The notes beneath the pieces are model-generated. The model was not told where the DNA came from, made no database searches, and saw only the letters and a list, made by a program, of their open reading frames with translations. Of a stretch of DNA of 35,975 bases, positions 35,688 to 35,975 are shown piece by piece; the stretch's first letter is position 1, and each line of letters opens with the position of its first letter. Source of the stretch: Bdellovibrionales bacterium (lineage in GTDB: Bacteria > Bdellovibrionota > JAFGOL01). A program made the translations under genes and the position numbers. The DNA is taken from NCBI GenBank assembly GCA_022707945.1, contig JAKIZQ010000001.1, positions 3,120 through 39,094 on the forward strand, given 5' to 3'.

Positions 35688-35975
<288 letters not shown>

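Overview
This is an AT-rich, tightly packed chromosomal segment from a diderm (Gram-negative-type) bacterium. Many gene pairs share 1-4 bp start/stop overlaps, and four convergent pairs overlap at their 3' ends.

Gene order:
- Envelope export: two FtsX-type ABC permeases (the first cut by the window edge), a LolA-like protein and a beta-barrel protein (1-3521, +).
- Arsenic/organoarsenical resistance: a seven-gene minus-strand operon (7848->3511). It runs DUF134 DNA-binding protein, ArsP-like permease, DGC zinc-binding protein, thioredoxin-like lipoprotein, DsbD_2-type membrane protein, ACR3, ArsC. No ArsR is visible.
- Stress and metabolism: hsp20, two convergent HAD phosphatases, and an aldehyde-dehydrogenase-like gene that has lost both catalytic residues and is translationally coupled to mltG.
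- Envelope-related set: FHA/TPR protein, beta-barrel, degenerate M16-like protein, lipoprotein.
- Cell-wall module: a frameshifted L,D-transpeptidase, a small membrane protein and bactofilin.
- lpxH-like gene, then the prkA / yeaH-yhbH / spoVR trio.
- An anomalous 363-bp GC-rich non-coding gap holding two long imperfect hairpins.
- A stand-alone HD-GYP gene facing a HAMP-only membrane protein.
- One minus-strand block: NSS transporter, 31-aa membrane peptide, addB, addA, rmuC and a Cys-rich secreted protein.
- ispG and the 5' end of proS.

I found no rRNA, tRNA, CRISPR array, transposase or integrase.

The items I consider most worth follow-up:
- the structured GC-rich intergenic elements (23939-24296)
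- the catalytically dead ALDH coupled to MltG
- the ArsR-less DUF134-led ars operon
- the frameshifted L,D-transpeptidase in the bactofilin module
- two strongly SD-preceded small ORFs missing from the ORF track

All functional calls come from motif recognition by eye. No database search was run.
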